Origin: Raillietiella orientalis
Lineage: Eukaryota
Direction: 5' to 3'
Length of the DNA: 64,000 nucleotides
Assembly (NCBI GenBank): GCA_036172245.1
Contig: JAYWIR010000026.1
Coordinates: 2,170,001-2,234,000 of the forward strand
In this document: positions 37,971 to 57,337 of the stretch, piece after piece
Numbering within the stretch: position 1 is the first letter of the stretch
Layout of the letters: every line of letters starts with the position of its first letter
Translations under genes and position numbers: made by a program
The notes under the pieces: generated by a model
Databases searched by the model: none
What the model was told of the DNA's origin: nothing
The model's input: only the letters and a program-made list of their open reading frames with translations

Positions 37971-40900
37971 TCCCACATTTTGGGGGTCTCCCTTCCGTCT
38001 CCGCATAGTACAAAAAGTTCTCAGTTCCTCCTCGCACACCAAATAAACCATCGCTCGCAGTTGGCATGAAATTTTCTCAGAATACGACTCGGGGCCATCC
38101 CGAGCGCGCGGAACGGTGAACGTTCGGTTGCTGAGTCACTCCCTTCCAAGGAAACATGACGGGGGGAAAGGCGAGGAAGAATACGCGCACAACTTTGTGG
38201 CTTCCAGGAACCCGTCTCTTTCAGCGCCTGCCCAGTGCGCTTGTGCCGAAGCGGCGCTTTCTTTGCCGCGCTGTCCCCGCGGCTGGTGGAAGCCATCTTG
38301 CGGAGGATCCTGAGACGGCCGTCGATTCTGGCATCCTCCTTCCTCCGCGTCTCTGGCGTGGAGAAGGACTGTTTGGTTAGTCCGGAAAATAACGGCACCA
38401 GCCAGGGAGGAGAATTTTTAGGAAAGTCCTCGGGCGGTCGGTCTCACGGTGAATAATCGGCGGCTTCTCTCACGCGCTTTTATTCTTTGTCGAAACCTTC
38501 TGCCGATCTCCAACATGCTTTGCGTAACCGCCAACTCGAAAAGGCAAGCGGTGGCTGCTGCGGCAAGCAGCAGCGGATATCCCCGTCGGTATCGCTCCAT
38601 CTATCAGGATAGGCGGGTCGGTTTCTCTCGGATTTTCTGTTTGCAGGAGACGGCTTATCACGAATTGAGGCAGCGGACTTTCCACGCTGGCTGCAATACG
38701 TCTAGTCCCTCGGAAGAGGGCCTTTTTTTCCCCTCTCTCTCCTTTTTTTCTTTCTTCCTTTCTCTGTAGCCAAAGGGTCGTGCTGGTTCCAGGAAAAAAA
38801 TTCGGAAATCGTGAGCTTGCGCGCGCGTGAGAGGAGGAGGAAAACTTCCCGGACAAGCTTACTGGATTCGAAAATAATGGGGCGAGGGGAGGGCAGGCTG
38901 CTTGCATTACCCATGCGACTCGTTACGCATTAGGAAATCTGCTGACGTGTAACCTTTCTCGTTCCGAGATCCTCAGCTAAGGGATGCAGGAATCCCGACG
39001 AATGATTGTTTGGAAAGTATTGTAAAGTTTGGTTAATTTTGTTGCCGATGGGGTAGCTTAACTTAACCAAGTGACTAATGCCCACTGTGCTTACGTAACC
39101 CAAGTAAGCAACAGCATCGCATTAGTGCTTCTGAAAGGTTGCCATGCTCTCGGGAACGGCAGGAAGCAAAAAAAATCAAAAAAAAAAAAAAAATCTTCGC
39201 ATCGGAAGAAGAGAGTGGAAAAAAAAAAAAGAGAAAAGCGATGAGCAGACTCGGCGTGGGAGGAACATGGCCTGATGTGGTAGCTGAAGAGCTTCCACAT
39301 GCTCACTCGGTGCGTGCGGTGAAAGCGGCCACCCAGACCACTGTTGCTTCATCTCGCGTATCGGGGTGGTGCGTGACATCACGTTGCGGGACGAGAGGGA
39401 CTCGCTCTCTGGTCTCCTGGAAAGCCCGTCCGTCCGAGTCGCGCAGGAGGCGAGGGCAGCCACCGTCGGAGCTTGGAGCGTTCGTTCAAGTCTGGTGGTT
39501 CCCGCCGGATGCGATTACTGCTTCGCCGAGGTGACCCTCACCTCAGTCCGACTTGCTTCTTCGGACTGCGGTCCTCCCTTCCTCCCCGGTGAGCCGCGAG
39601 CGCTGCTCCCGCTTCCTGACCGACGGGGACATCGGCCCCAAGCTTCGGAATCCGCTCGGAAGCACCTCTTCGCCTCTTACAGGGAGGCAGTGGGGGTTCC
39701 TTTCTTTCCCATGAAGCCTGCAGAGTCGCACGGCAGCTCGCCTTCGCCTTCCCCGACGCGGCCAGAACGCCCGGCCCTCCCCGCCATCTAAGCCGGCAGC
39801 TCACCGGGGAGGTAACGGCCTGACCCAGGCAGAAGTGCGTCGGGGTTCTGCTGCTCCCGCTGCTGCTTCGTACTCGACGACGGATTGGCGCCGTGGAGCG
39901 CGGACACTCTCGAGCACGGCATCGGGAAGCGTTGGGATCCCGCCTAAGCGTTAGCCCTGGAATTGTCTCCCGACGCTCCTTCATCCCGTAGAGCACGCAC
40001 ATTCGTCGTCATCTCGTTGGACGGAAACGCGAGCGGGAAGACAAGCCGAATGGAGAGGAGGTTCCCGCGCTCCCGGGTGGGAGGTGGGAACCCGGCGAAG
40101 GGACTTCCCGAAAGCAAAAGTTCCGCGGGTGACCCGCGCGGTATGGCAGAGGCAGAGGAGGACCTGCCGCGCTTCCAGCATTCGCCCTCTCTTGCCGTCC
40201 TCCTGCCGTCGCGGTGCGCCGCAGCCTCTCCTGCGGATCTGGGGACGCGAGGCCTTCATCTCGCCCCGAGCGAGCAGCGGAGGAGGCGGAGGTCGCCCGC
40301 CCGAGGAGACGCACGCCAGCGGACCTCGAGACGCAACCAGACGCGCCGCCCTTTCCGAAGGACGGCGAGTGGTTCGGCGATGTTTCCCGCGCGCTACCGC
40401 GAGATGCTGGCGTCGTCGCATGCGCGCGCGATCTCTCGAACGGTTTCTTGTCGCTGGTGCCCTGCAGCGGCGCGGGCCATGAGACACCTGACCCGACCCG
40501 CGTGCGGCTGCGGTCTTCCAAGGCAACGACCCCTGTCGCAGAGTGCGTGCGGCCAGTCGTCCCTTGGAAGCTGCTGCTCCCCCCTTCTCCTCCTCCTTTT
40601 TCTGCGACCTCCTCCTCCAAACTCCTCCGGCGCACGCGCACTATCCAGACGGGTGGCCGTGGTCGCATGCCCACCGCTTTCGCCCCACCCTCTTTCCAGC
40701 ACGGGAGTGACGTGAGGGAGCCCGGCCGCGCGCTGCATCCTGACGACCATCCTGCGACACCGCACGTGAGGGCGAGAACTCGTCCGTCGCTGGGTGGCTC
40801 CGCCGCCATGCCCGCGAGCCTGGTTTCTGCCCATCCTTGGGGGGCGCTTGGGTGGGAAGGTCCGAGAAACTCCCCGTTCCCCTCCTCCCCCTTCGTTCCA

Positions 40901-43900
40901 GGGACGGCTCTCCACGTGGAGAGACCGCAGGCGCTCCTTCCCGTCTCCTCCCGCTCGGAGACCCCATGCCAGTCCGCATCCTGCGCGACTGGAGCGCCCC
41001 GTCGACTTCCCGGAAGCCGTCCTTGCGGAAGGTCGGGAAGGGGGCGAGCCTATAGCAGTCGCCCCAACCGGTTGCTTGCGGCAGAATCCGGACGGCACGG
41101 AAACCCCAGGGAAAAGAAGGCCGCTTGGGGGCACGGGGGGCAGGCAGCAGGGAGGGGTCGGGAGGACTATTACCACTCCAGAGAATTCGTCCCGGAGTAA
41201 GTCCCCGGAGGTTCCGAGCAGATACGGGGCGCAGTCTACGCTCCGCCTCCGGATGTCCTCCTGGATCCAGCTGCCGGAAGTTGGGAGGCGAGCAGCCACT
41301 GAGACCTTGGCCCTCGGCGATGGGCGGCTGTGGGACGGGTCGCGGTCCTCACGCAGCCGCCATGGGAAGGGGACCCGCTCTCAGGATTTCCGGGCGAGCT
41401 GCCGCTCCCCCGGGAAGGAAGGGGAGGCGAGGGAGGGGAAGGTGTTTTTCCGTGCGCATCGGCGTCGGAGCGACCCGAAGAGGCAAGCGGCGCTCTTGCC
41501 CGCAGGTCCCGCACGCGTCTCCCTCGGAAGCGTGCCAGCCTGTGACCACCACCGTCGCAAGGGATCCTTTCTCTCGCTGATAACCCACTGGTGAGGCCCA
41601 AGCGGAGGTGGCACGCAAGCGCCGAAAACCCAGCCCACGCCCCTCACGCGTTCGACCTACAGGCCGCTCGACTAACGCGTCGCTGGACTGCACGCGTTGT
41701 GAGAAAGTGATGGTATCGCTTCATAGATGTCGCGAGAAGTTGCCTCCCCTCCCCCCTCTCTTTCTCTCCTCAGTAGAGCGTCTTCGTGACGCACCTCATG
41801 CAGCCGTTTGCCCGGGGAACTCTAGCGGTGGGCGTTGTATGGAGTAATTGTGAGAGACGATGCGTCCGTCACAGCAGTCGAGAGCTTCGATCGAGGGTCG
41901 GCCTTCACAGTCACGTGGTGCTCTCCGATCCCTCCGTCTTTAGGACAGCCGAGGCGGCGTCGAAGCGCGTGCCATCTCTCACGCACTGCACACACCGAAC
42001 GTGAGGCTTCCTTCCTATGTTCCTCCGCGTGCGGTGCTCACAGCTCTAGGGAGCTGGTGCATGAGCCCGGCTGCGAACGGACCCCAATCTTCAGGCTGAT
42101 TGTGTGCGTGCGCGCCCTCGTAATCTAGGGGACGACGCCTCCCCATGCCGCCAGCCCCACTCCGTTCCACGTGGAGATACACTTTGATCTTAACCAAAAG
42201 GCCGAGAAGCGATGGAGATGCGTGGAGGAGATGCGGCGTCCCGGACCCCGCTACGCTCAAGGAGGAGGAAGTGTGTGGGATCAGCCCTCCGGGCTCCGGA
42301 AGGCGAACAGTGCGTTCTAGACCGAAAGAGCTGCCGCAAGAATGGCTGTGGCAGCATGCACACAAGCCAGCAAGGGGGGAGGGCATCCCGGAACAGGATT
42401 TCTGGAAGTGGGAGGAGGATGACCGGAGGTCAGCGGATTCTGCTGGTGCCGGACGTGGCGGCACGCGCGCGACGTCCGACGATCGGGGTCTCGAAGACAC
42501 TGCGGAGGGACCCCGGCAAAACGGGAGGAAAGGAGACGCAGCAGCAGCCGGACGGGGAGGAAGTCTTAACGCGCCTCGGGGCCGGAGGATGAGGCTGCGG
42601 GCATCCGTCCCCGAATCCATGCCAACGGGTTGCGTGGCCCCATCGATCCCGTCGTCGCTACGTGCTGCCGTCCGGAGGGGAGGATCGCGGTGCGAAGGAG
42701 AGTCGAGGAGGCTACGGAAACGCCGGCGCGCGCCCTACGAGGCCCTACTACTGCCACCCGCGAAAGGAGGGGGGGGGTAATGGGCGGCCGCTCCCAGACC
42801 CACATACCTATCGCAGCATACCTCCGCGCTGCCAGGCAGCGACGCTTCCCGGGAGAATAACTTGCCCGCTCTTTCTGAGGCTATGCTTTCGGAGGCTAAG
42901 AACACGGATCGTCCGGGAGAGCGCCGGACGATTCGCGTTCTTAGCAGCCCACCTCTCACTCCCGCCGCCCGAGACGACAACCTGCACCGCCCCCTGGGGG
43001 AAGAGACGCGTTCCTTACAGGCGCCAGACCCCGGTCTCTCCTGAGGGCGGCGCCTCACGAGTTGTCGGAGGGGGAAGTGGGCGTGCCCCGGATCGGAAAG
43101 CCCTGTTGTCCTGCCACCCGACCCCACCCTCGGCGCCGGCTGCGGAATCGGACACTGCCGCGCCTCCCTCATAGGCAGGAAGGTAGGGGAAGGGAGGGTG
43201 ATCTGCGAAGGGCTAGAGGTCACCACCGCTGAGGGGGACCGTCCAGCCGTTGCTGAGGCAACGGAGTCTTGCCTCCGGGCGCTGAGAGCTCCGGACCTCT
43301 CCGACAGCTGGAGTTAGATGCGGGCCCACGAAGGAGCTAAGCCCTCCCCCTTTCTGCGCGCCGTTCAGCCCGAAGGGCCGCAAGCAGAACGAGGGGCGAC
43401 TTTCCGCGTCCCTGCGCAGCAGGTGAGTGGGGTCGGCCGAGCGGCCCACTCCCCTCCTAAGAGCGGGGGACTCCGCGGGGTTTCGTTCCCCTGCTCCCGA
43501 GCCAGGCACTCCTCCCGAAGAGGGCCCACGGGACGCGGCAGGTGCGTACCTGGAGAAACGTCCCTCGACGCGGAACGGCGGCCGCCAGGGAGCGCTGCTG
43601 GGGTACCGGGGAAGGAGGAGGAGGGGAGTGGAATGCTCCAGAGGGTTAGCTTATAGAAAGGGCTGCAGAGGACTGCCCTTCCGGCGACGGTGGAGCCTCC
43701 CGTGAGCCTCCTCGGTGGTCTTGCACTCTCCTGTTCCCGCCGCCCGCCCAGCCGGGGCGGTGTGCCGGACGGGGACATCCCGCGGCGTCCCGGCTCTCGG
43801 AGGCGGCGAGCGCGGAGACGCCCGCGGTTCCCGGCTCCCGCCGGGAGAGAGCCCGAGAGTATCGATCTCTCGGGGAATGCGGAGCGCGCGCTCCCCGCCG

Positions 43901-46900
43901 CCGACGCGGGAGTGACGCGGCGATTGGCTGGGGCTGCCTCACACGTAATTTCGGGGGGTTGGGCGCGAGGGAGAGAAAGGGGGGAGGGGGAGGAACTCCC
44001 AGGCTCCTCCGATTCCGCGGGAGGAGAATCCTGCGCTGTCCGACGTGATCTTCCCGCCTGCTCTCCTCCTCTTCCTCTTCGCTTTCGTCCGAATACCTCA
44101 GATGCGTTCCGTTTCCACGGAGGGACCGCCCTCCTCCCGGTGCGCTTCCTCCCGGACCGGCGGCCGCCGTCGTTGTCAGGTAAGCTGCTGCTCTCCCTGC
44201 CTTCCCCCTCCCTCCCGAAAGGAACCCTCCCGGACCCCGGCTTGCCTCCCCGCCTTCGCGAGCGCCGCACGTGCAACGGAACGACCCGCAGAAGGGAGGA
44301 TCGCGCGCCGTGCAGCTTCCCTCCCCCGCGGAAACGCCCGCTCGCCGCTGCCAGCGTTGCTCACCCGCGCTGGCGGCGTTCTGTTCGTCCCTCCCGTCTC
44401 TGCCGCCCCCTCGCGGCGGAGGCGAATCCCATCGGAGGGCGAAAGACAAGCTCGCTCGGCTCGCGAGCTTCGCCCCTCCGCTCGCCTCAGGCAGCTTAGC
44501 GCTGGCAACAAACTACCGCGTACTCCCCAGGACCTCTGGGGGCAAATGAGCGCTGCAGCGGTGCGCTCGCTCGCTGCCGTGCGACGGACCGTTGCCGCTC
44601 TCGAACCGCCTTCTCCCCTCCCGGTTTAAACTCCGCGGGTCGCGGTGATCGGCCTTCAGGTCAGCCGCGTTTTCCGGCGTCGCCGTCCTCTTCCTCCTCC
44701 TTTCCGATCCGTACGAGAGGTGGAGACCGCGCGAGCTGGCGGCACTTCCTTTCCCTCCCCTTCCCCCATCCGCCTGCACCGGAAAGCGTGGGTGTGAAGG
44801 GTGGGGGACGGATGCTTTCCCAAGCTTCCGCAAGCAGGCATCGCAGGAGAGATCCGCTGCCTCCCTTAAGACGGAGGAAAAGCGGTCGGGGGCACCCCCT
44901 GCCCTCAGATTTCTGCGCGAAGATGGCAGCCGCACGGCAGCATCGGACGAGCGCCATCCCCGAGCGGCGTCTTTGCGCGCCGCCGCCTCATTGCTGCTGC
45001 GTGGCTTCGGATGGCGGCGTGCCTCGCGCGTCCTCGCTCGGATCCGACGCCGCAGCCATTTTAATAGGTGCGGCGTGGGAAGTGATTAGGCCCAGGGAAG
45101 GGACGAAAGCGAGGGTTGAGGCGTCCTCGGACACTGAAGCGCAAGCAGGAACGGCAGAAGCAGCAGAGCCGCAGGAAGAGGAACTGCAGCACTCAGAGAC
45201 GCATTCCAAACACCCTTTTCGTCGTTCGAATATATATATAGCGGTTGCGATCTAAGAGACAGAACATCAGAGAGGAACGGTGGTGCTTCCTTTCTCGGGA
45301 ACTCGCTCTCTGGTATGCTCACACGTCGGATCTGTTTTTGCTTCTGTGCAGCCCATCGAATCACTCCGGTCTCCCCCATCCATTTACACGGCCAAGCGGT
45401 CGCCCCCGTTTCACCCCAGCATGCCCACCTGCTCCCTCTCGTGCAGTCCTCGTGACTTTTCTCACTCCTGAACCTCCTTCACAACAAATCTTTGCCTAAT
45501 TTCATTAACCCTGCAGAATGCGGTTCCGACGCTAGATGTTCCGAGAATGGCAGCATCTCAGGAATTCCGATGTTCCGAGAAAATTATGCGTTCTCCGTCT
45601 TTCGTCCGAGTGACAGAACTTTTAGTCTGGCTTCCTGTCGTAAAAATGGAGCTGTTTGCCTTAGCCGTCAGCAAGAGCGAAGGAGGTTGCAGAGAGTGAA
45701 GAACCCCCGCCAAACCTCCGTGAAGCCCATTGAGTGCTTTGGATTTTCCATCTTTCGAGGCTGGAAGGCAACCTGCAGCATTTCCGGCAATTTGAATAGG
45801 GCAGAATGCTCTTTCTGTTCGTCTGTGAGTTTTCTTTTGCTTTTGTTTTTAATGATACAAAAAAGAAAATCCCCCCCCCCCCCACCTTCAAGCAGATTGC
45901 AAGAAAATCCTCCAAAACCTCGAAACTTTCCCCAGTGTTTCAGAAAAAGGGAAGCAAAGAAGAAGAAAAAAGTTCCAAACTTCAGGCACCGTTAAATCTA
46001 CGAATTTCAGCACGTACGATCCTAACAAGCATCACCAATCAAAAATTTCTCAAGGCAAGAAACCGAAGCAAAAAAACGGTTCCTTTCCGTAGAAGCAACC
46101 GATGCTTGCAGCAGCTCCTTGGAATTCCTCGAACCCGGAGTCCCTATCGCTCTCCGGCAAATCGATAGCGAAGAACACGTCAAGGAAGCTCGGCGCTCCC
46201 GTGTGCGATTGACCCACGAAATTAACGTGAGCCTCGACCAGCGGGACTCCTTGCATCCTGCTCTTTAAGCGTTTGCTCCCTCTCACGTGCTGTGCGTCCT
46301 CTGAGGCTGCAGCAGCTTGGTTTCTCCATCTGGAACCGTCGTGGCGCGAGAGGACTCGGTCCTGCCTGCTGGGGAGGTCTCCCGTGCTGCTGGCAAAGGA
46401 CCGTCCGCTCAGATGGCTTCCGCTCCTCCTAGGAAACACCTGGATTGCCCCGTTTCGAGTTCTCAAGGAACACCATCGGTCCCCTTATCATGCCGGGGTC
46501 GACTCCGATTCCGTTTGCGTCAGTTGCCAGGATTCTGCAATTTTCGTTCATTAAGCGGGACGGAACGAATGAATTTTCCGTTTGCCATTAAAAAGTTTCA
46601 AATTTGTCAAGAGGGGGACACACGCACGTCAATTACTTCCCAGTCGAACGTTTTTTCGACGATTCCCACTTGTTGCTTCGTCCAGGACACTTGAATGTCT
46701 TATCGACGCAAGAGTGTCTTGCATCACAATGGGCACGATGGTGAAACCACAATCAGGTGGAGAAAAGGAAGAATGCTGCCCACGGAGAAAGGGAAACATC
46801 AAAAACAGGAAGAAGGGGGCAGAAACTTTCGCAGCACGTGGGGGGCGAAGGGAGGGGAGAGGGACGTTCCATGCTCGCGAACGAAACCCCGAAACAGCAC

Positions 46901-47672
46901 ATTCAAAATCCTGCAAGTGGGGAAAAACGCGTGGCCCAGGAAAATTAATGTTCATATATTCACGGCGGGAACAAGTCACTACTTAATTGCAGCTGCTTGC
47001 ACGCCGTTCAGATTGCTTCCCGCTCAGGAAGGATGATGTGGTTGTTCCTTGGTTGCCGGCATCCATTTTTCACAGTCGCACTCAATCGAAGCTCGCAAAT
47101 GACCGTTGCAGCGCCTTCCGCTCGGCAGCCACAGCGCCGACGCGAGTTAGGCCTAGGACCCCCACGAGCGTCCATCGCAACCGACGCCGTCGTCGCCATG
47201 GCTGCTCCTCGTGACGAAGAAGCCTTAGCTTTTTTCTTGCGGGCGCTTCTGGCACGGAGGTGCGGCACCAGCGGGAGCGCATCGGACCAAACGCGCGACA
47301 AGCAAAGTCTTCGAAACTGAGGGACAGCACGCGCAAAAAGACGTGTGGCCATTAAGCACGCATTTAGCACGTGCAATGTTCTTCCAAGGGGCATCACATT
47401 TTGGATGTGATGTTCCAGGAAACGCTCGCCGTGGGGCGAACGCTCGCTGGAAACGAACCCCATGAACCATGCAGTAGGGTTCAAGCGTGTCCGGCAAAGC
47501 AGCAGATGCTCCTCGGATTCTGAAGAGAGGGGGGGGAAAAAGGAAAAGGAAGCAAAGCCTCGTGTGTCGAGAAGCGATCTCGCAAGGCTCGCGTGGCGGT
47601 AGCGACCTGGATGGACGCTTCCCGCACGCATGGCTGCGGGGCGTCGGAAGTGGCACGGACGCGGACCGACGG

Positions 47673-53347
<5,675 letters not shown>

Positions 53348-55228
53348 CCAGAGCGCATCCTCCTTCCCGCCACTCCCCTGTCCCGTCCCTCTCGCGAAAG
53401 GGAAGGCGGAGGATCGGGCACGTCTCTTCCCTCTTCTCGCTCCCCCATCGGGAAACGCCGACCTCCCCTGTCCTCCTCCGCCCTCCCGTCTTTCAGCTGC
53501 CCCTGCTCCCAGAGAAGCCTCTGCGCGGAACGCCTTCGACGGGAAAGGGAGAAGAAGGGAAAGTGGGGGGAGGAGGTGCCGGAAAGCAGATTCCTCTTCG
53601 TTCCTCGCACCTCCCTCCGCTACCCGTGGCACCCTTCCCCGAAGGTGGGAGCAAGGGACAACGGCGGGAAGTGCTGCAAGGAGGAATCAACTCCTTCCTT
53701 CCCGGCTGAAGGTCTCTCCCTCTCCTGCTAGCGGCCGCTCCCGACGGCCGCCCTGCCGCCCATGGAAGTAGCCCGGGACTTGTGTGGGGCGACTGCTCGC
53801 GCCTAGGGCACCAAGAGTTCCCTCCGGACGCCTCGCAAGGGAGGGGGAGGCGCCCTCCAGCAGTGCAGGGGCCCTTAGCGCCTCCTCGCGACCCTCGCAA
53901 CGGGTCTCGAGAGCCTTGAGGCACTGTCCAGGGACTCCTCGGGTCTTCCATGCCTTGTGACCACCAGGAGTTCGTCCACGCACCCGCCGCACGTGGTTGA
54001 GCCTCACAACCTCCTGGTATTTCGGTGTGGATGACCTCGCACAGCTCTGCGTCCTCTTGCGCCCCAGCTCCCTGCCGATGACTACCTGACCAGGAGAGGG
54101 TTTCCTGGCTCCTCTGGCCATCCCTGCGAGCCGACGGACTCTTTTCCCTAGAGTACTCCCCGCCGCCCGTGGGCGGCTCCTCGCACCAAACGAACTTTTC
54201 CTCCAGAGCTTCCCACATCCTGTCCGCGGAGCCGGAACGAGAATCCCCTTGCAGGAATGGAAGGGGCTCGCTCTCCTCCTTCCAGAGGGTCCGGACGTTG
54301 GGAACGTTCCTACTCCCTCATTCTGTGTCCCGATTCTCGCATAGGCATGCGAGGAGCGGAGACTCTTCCCGTTGTTCGCCTTGCCCGTTCTCCTGAAGGC
54401 ATCCCGACTTTTCCTCCGCAACGTCCACGTCGGTTTTTCACACAGCCACATGACTCCCACTGAAGTGAGTCCCGCCGTGTGTGTTTCGAGCAGGAAGAAG
54501 AGGGAGCCGCCTTCTCGTTTGGTTAGTGATGGGGGTGGTACCAGAGACGCAGTGTTCTTTTCAGAGACCCGGAGCAGCGACCCGTCCCGCCTTGGTCGGG
54601 CTCTCTCTTCTTCTGCGTCTCATCCCTCCCTTCCTTCCTTCCTCCCCCAGACATGGGGACGGCGTGCGGAATCTCCGAGATGCCTTCTCGGGAGGGGGAG
54701 GAGCAACGTTGAGAGGCACACTGAAGATTCCCCGCCGGCGGAGCTAGACGCCGCGGCACGCAAATCGGAGGGGATCGTCTCAGTGACCCCGGGGATGCCA
54801 TGCGGCTCATCTGCAGTACGCTTCCACAGGTTCGTCGGCAACCCACGCGGCACCTCATTCCTGGCCTTCAAGGTCTCTCGAAAATGTTCCCCCTTTTTCG
54901 GCTAGTTCTCTTTCATCCAGACGTGCCAGTAGATGTCCTCAGTGTCCCGTGGAGTTGCTCGGGATCTCCTCTCCGCGGCGCCACTCTCAGCCTCTCACGG
55001 GAGAGGGAGGGGCAGAGGAGAACGGTGAGTCGGAGGTAACTTCGGACAGCCTCACGGCCTTCTGCTGGAGATACCTGGAAGCATGTTTGCCAAAGCAAAA
55101 TGCTGGAAAACGACTTTCGGACTTTTCGGTGCCAGTTAGTTTTTTCATCTTCCACTATGCACGAGGAAGCACTTATGGACCATTAAAGCTATATCCTTCA
55201 GTGTTGATGTGCCGGGGTAGATATCTTG

Positions 55229-55580
55229 CCGTTTGGCAAACGCGAAACCAGCGCGACTTCATCATTTTCACTTTCAGTATCAGTACCCTGAACGTTTTTT
55301 CATTAATTAAATTTGGCAGCAAAAACGAGCAATTCACAGATGGGAAGCGCAGGCAGTAGTTCCTATAAACATTAGTGCACTCCGAAGAGATATAATTCTG
55401 AGTCTGCGAATGCGTCCGAGGTCACTCCAGCATCATTCTGAGTCAAAGGCTTCCCTTATGAGTGCGCTAATGTTTATAGGAACTGCTGCCTGCGCTTCCC
55501 ATCCGTGAATTGCTCGTTTTTGCTACAACTCAATAACTTTGCCGAAAAAAATCACGCTGGTTGCACATTTGCTGAACGAT
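55229..55580. mobile_element. MITE-like foldback element (non-coding, nested inverted repeats)
   Basis: Inner arms 55318-55382 / 55460-55524 (65 bp, 3 transition mismatches, 77-bp loop containing ATTCTGAGTC twice). Degenerate outer arms at ~55229-55260 / ~55550-55580. No clear TSD. Confidence 0.6.
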
Positions 55581-57337
55581 GGGAGGGGGAGGGGAAGCTC
55601 ATTATCGGAGTAGTAATGGCTTTCATTAAGTACTGAAAGAAAAAGAGCGCATTTCGTTCTCAGCTCTGGATGATTCCTGCTTGTTTTGAACTTCTCTTTT
55701 TCTCGGAGTTCGCCTTCCTCTTGGGCGATGCACTCTCTTGCTGTCCTCAGTACGACGTTTCAAGCATGTCAGGTTTGTTTGAAATCGGTTCTCCGGTAGA
55801 CATTTTTAAAGCACCATGTCTTGTGCTTTACAAATGTCTACTACGCTGTTTGTCGCACCCATTTGAAAGCAGTGAAGGACGCTGAAGATCTGAACATTTG
55901 TTTCGTGCTCCCGAAAACTATCTAAAGAAAACGCAAAACAGCAAACGTTTCACATTTTTGAAGGACTCATTTAAAGCTACATACAAAGCGAATGGGACCT
56001 GTCTTCCTGCCATCTTGAGTTTTGCGCTGCTTTTCTTTCCTCACCATAGCGAATGTTTCTGAGCACTCTGCAAAATAAATTTGCCTCGGGACCGGGGCAA
56101 TCTACGGATGCACCATCTCGGGGCTCTTTAACGACTTGAGTGCCAAAGTTGCAAAGCATCTGCACGTGGGGCCATAGCGTGGTGCTGATTGTGATGGATT
56201 GTCTCCACCGCTGATGGGGGCTCATCGCTGAAGATTTCTATCCCACTGGAAGGGCGGGCATATGACTGGAAAAAAGGATGCATTTTCGGTAGAAGGTTCC
56301 CTCTCAAACGCGCTCTTTTCAAAACACATCCGAAGCGGTAGGAACTAACGGGTCAGCGGGCAGCGTCCCTGGTTCTGCCTGCTGTTTCTACGCAAAAAGG
56401 AGGAGAAGAAGAAAAGAACTGCTTTCTTTTCGACCATGGCGCGAGGCGTGGGAGGCGTGCTTTCGCATGGGACCGGAGGAGCGTTTCCGGTTCCCCTAAG
56501 GCGTGAATCCTAGCATGTTGTTTTCGTGGCAGCAGGGGGGCGAGCATGGCTTCCGAGAAGCCTCAAAGAGACGAGGTTACGTGGTCGTTGGAGAGATATA
56601 GAAGGAGACTTCGTTGCATTATCCAGCCGTAAAAGAAAGAGCTATCTGCAGTCGGTTGGTGGCACACTGACCACGTGGCTGGTTGGTCACAGTCATGGAA
56701 AACGGGGAAAGCAGATTCTTAGTTTACAGAGGGAGAGCAGCGAGCGAGAGGACGATTTTGTTCGTCACACCACGTGGCGGTTGAAGAAATACTCGGAAAG
56801 TGTATCCCATGAGATCCTGTTTGCCCTTCGTTCTAATCATCCTGCCACACGTAGAAGGAGCTTTGCACGGTCGAACGAACATCTGAGCAGCACATCTGAA
56901 TGGTCCGAATGGTAACTGCAGCCATATTGGATGTGCTGGATCATTTTTCGACGCGGGTGGTGATTAAAATGCATTTTTTGATGATTTACGTTGATTCTGT
57001 TTGCACAAATTTGCATTCATTTGCATTCTATGACTTAATGGGGTGCTCTGTTTTTACAAAAACTTTGTTTTTTTTTTTGGTTGGAGTTGCTCTCCCAAAG
57101 CTACGCAATTTTTGTAGCACACATTGAATTGCAAAACTTGAGTCAATTTTATTAAGATTTCTTAATTTTTAAAAGGGATTTTAAAATAATAATTCGATAA
57201 TCCATTGTACTATGTCTATGTAAAGCTGTGATGAAAGAAAAAAGGACATGTTCCTGTTAATTAAAGTACCTCCTGTACATATTGCAATGGTATTTCAAAA
57301 TATGTATTCTTGGACTTGAAAGTTCCAAAACATACAT

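Noticed and set aside
39963..45255. Many 200-330 aa ORFs between USP54 and neuroligin
   Set aside because: GC-driven open frames without domains; more likely neuroligin upstream or 5' UTR sequence (a donor CAG|GTAAGC near 44180 may end a non-coding exon, unverified).
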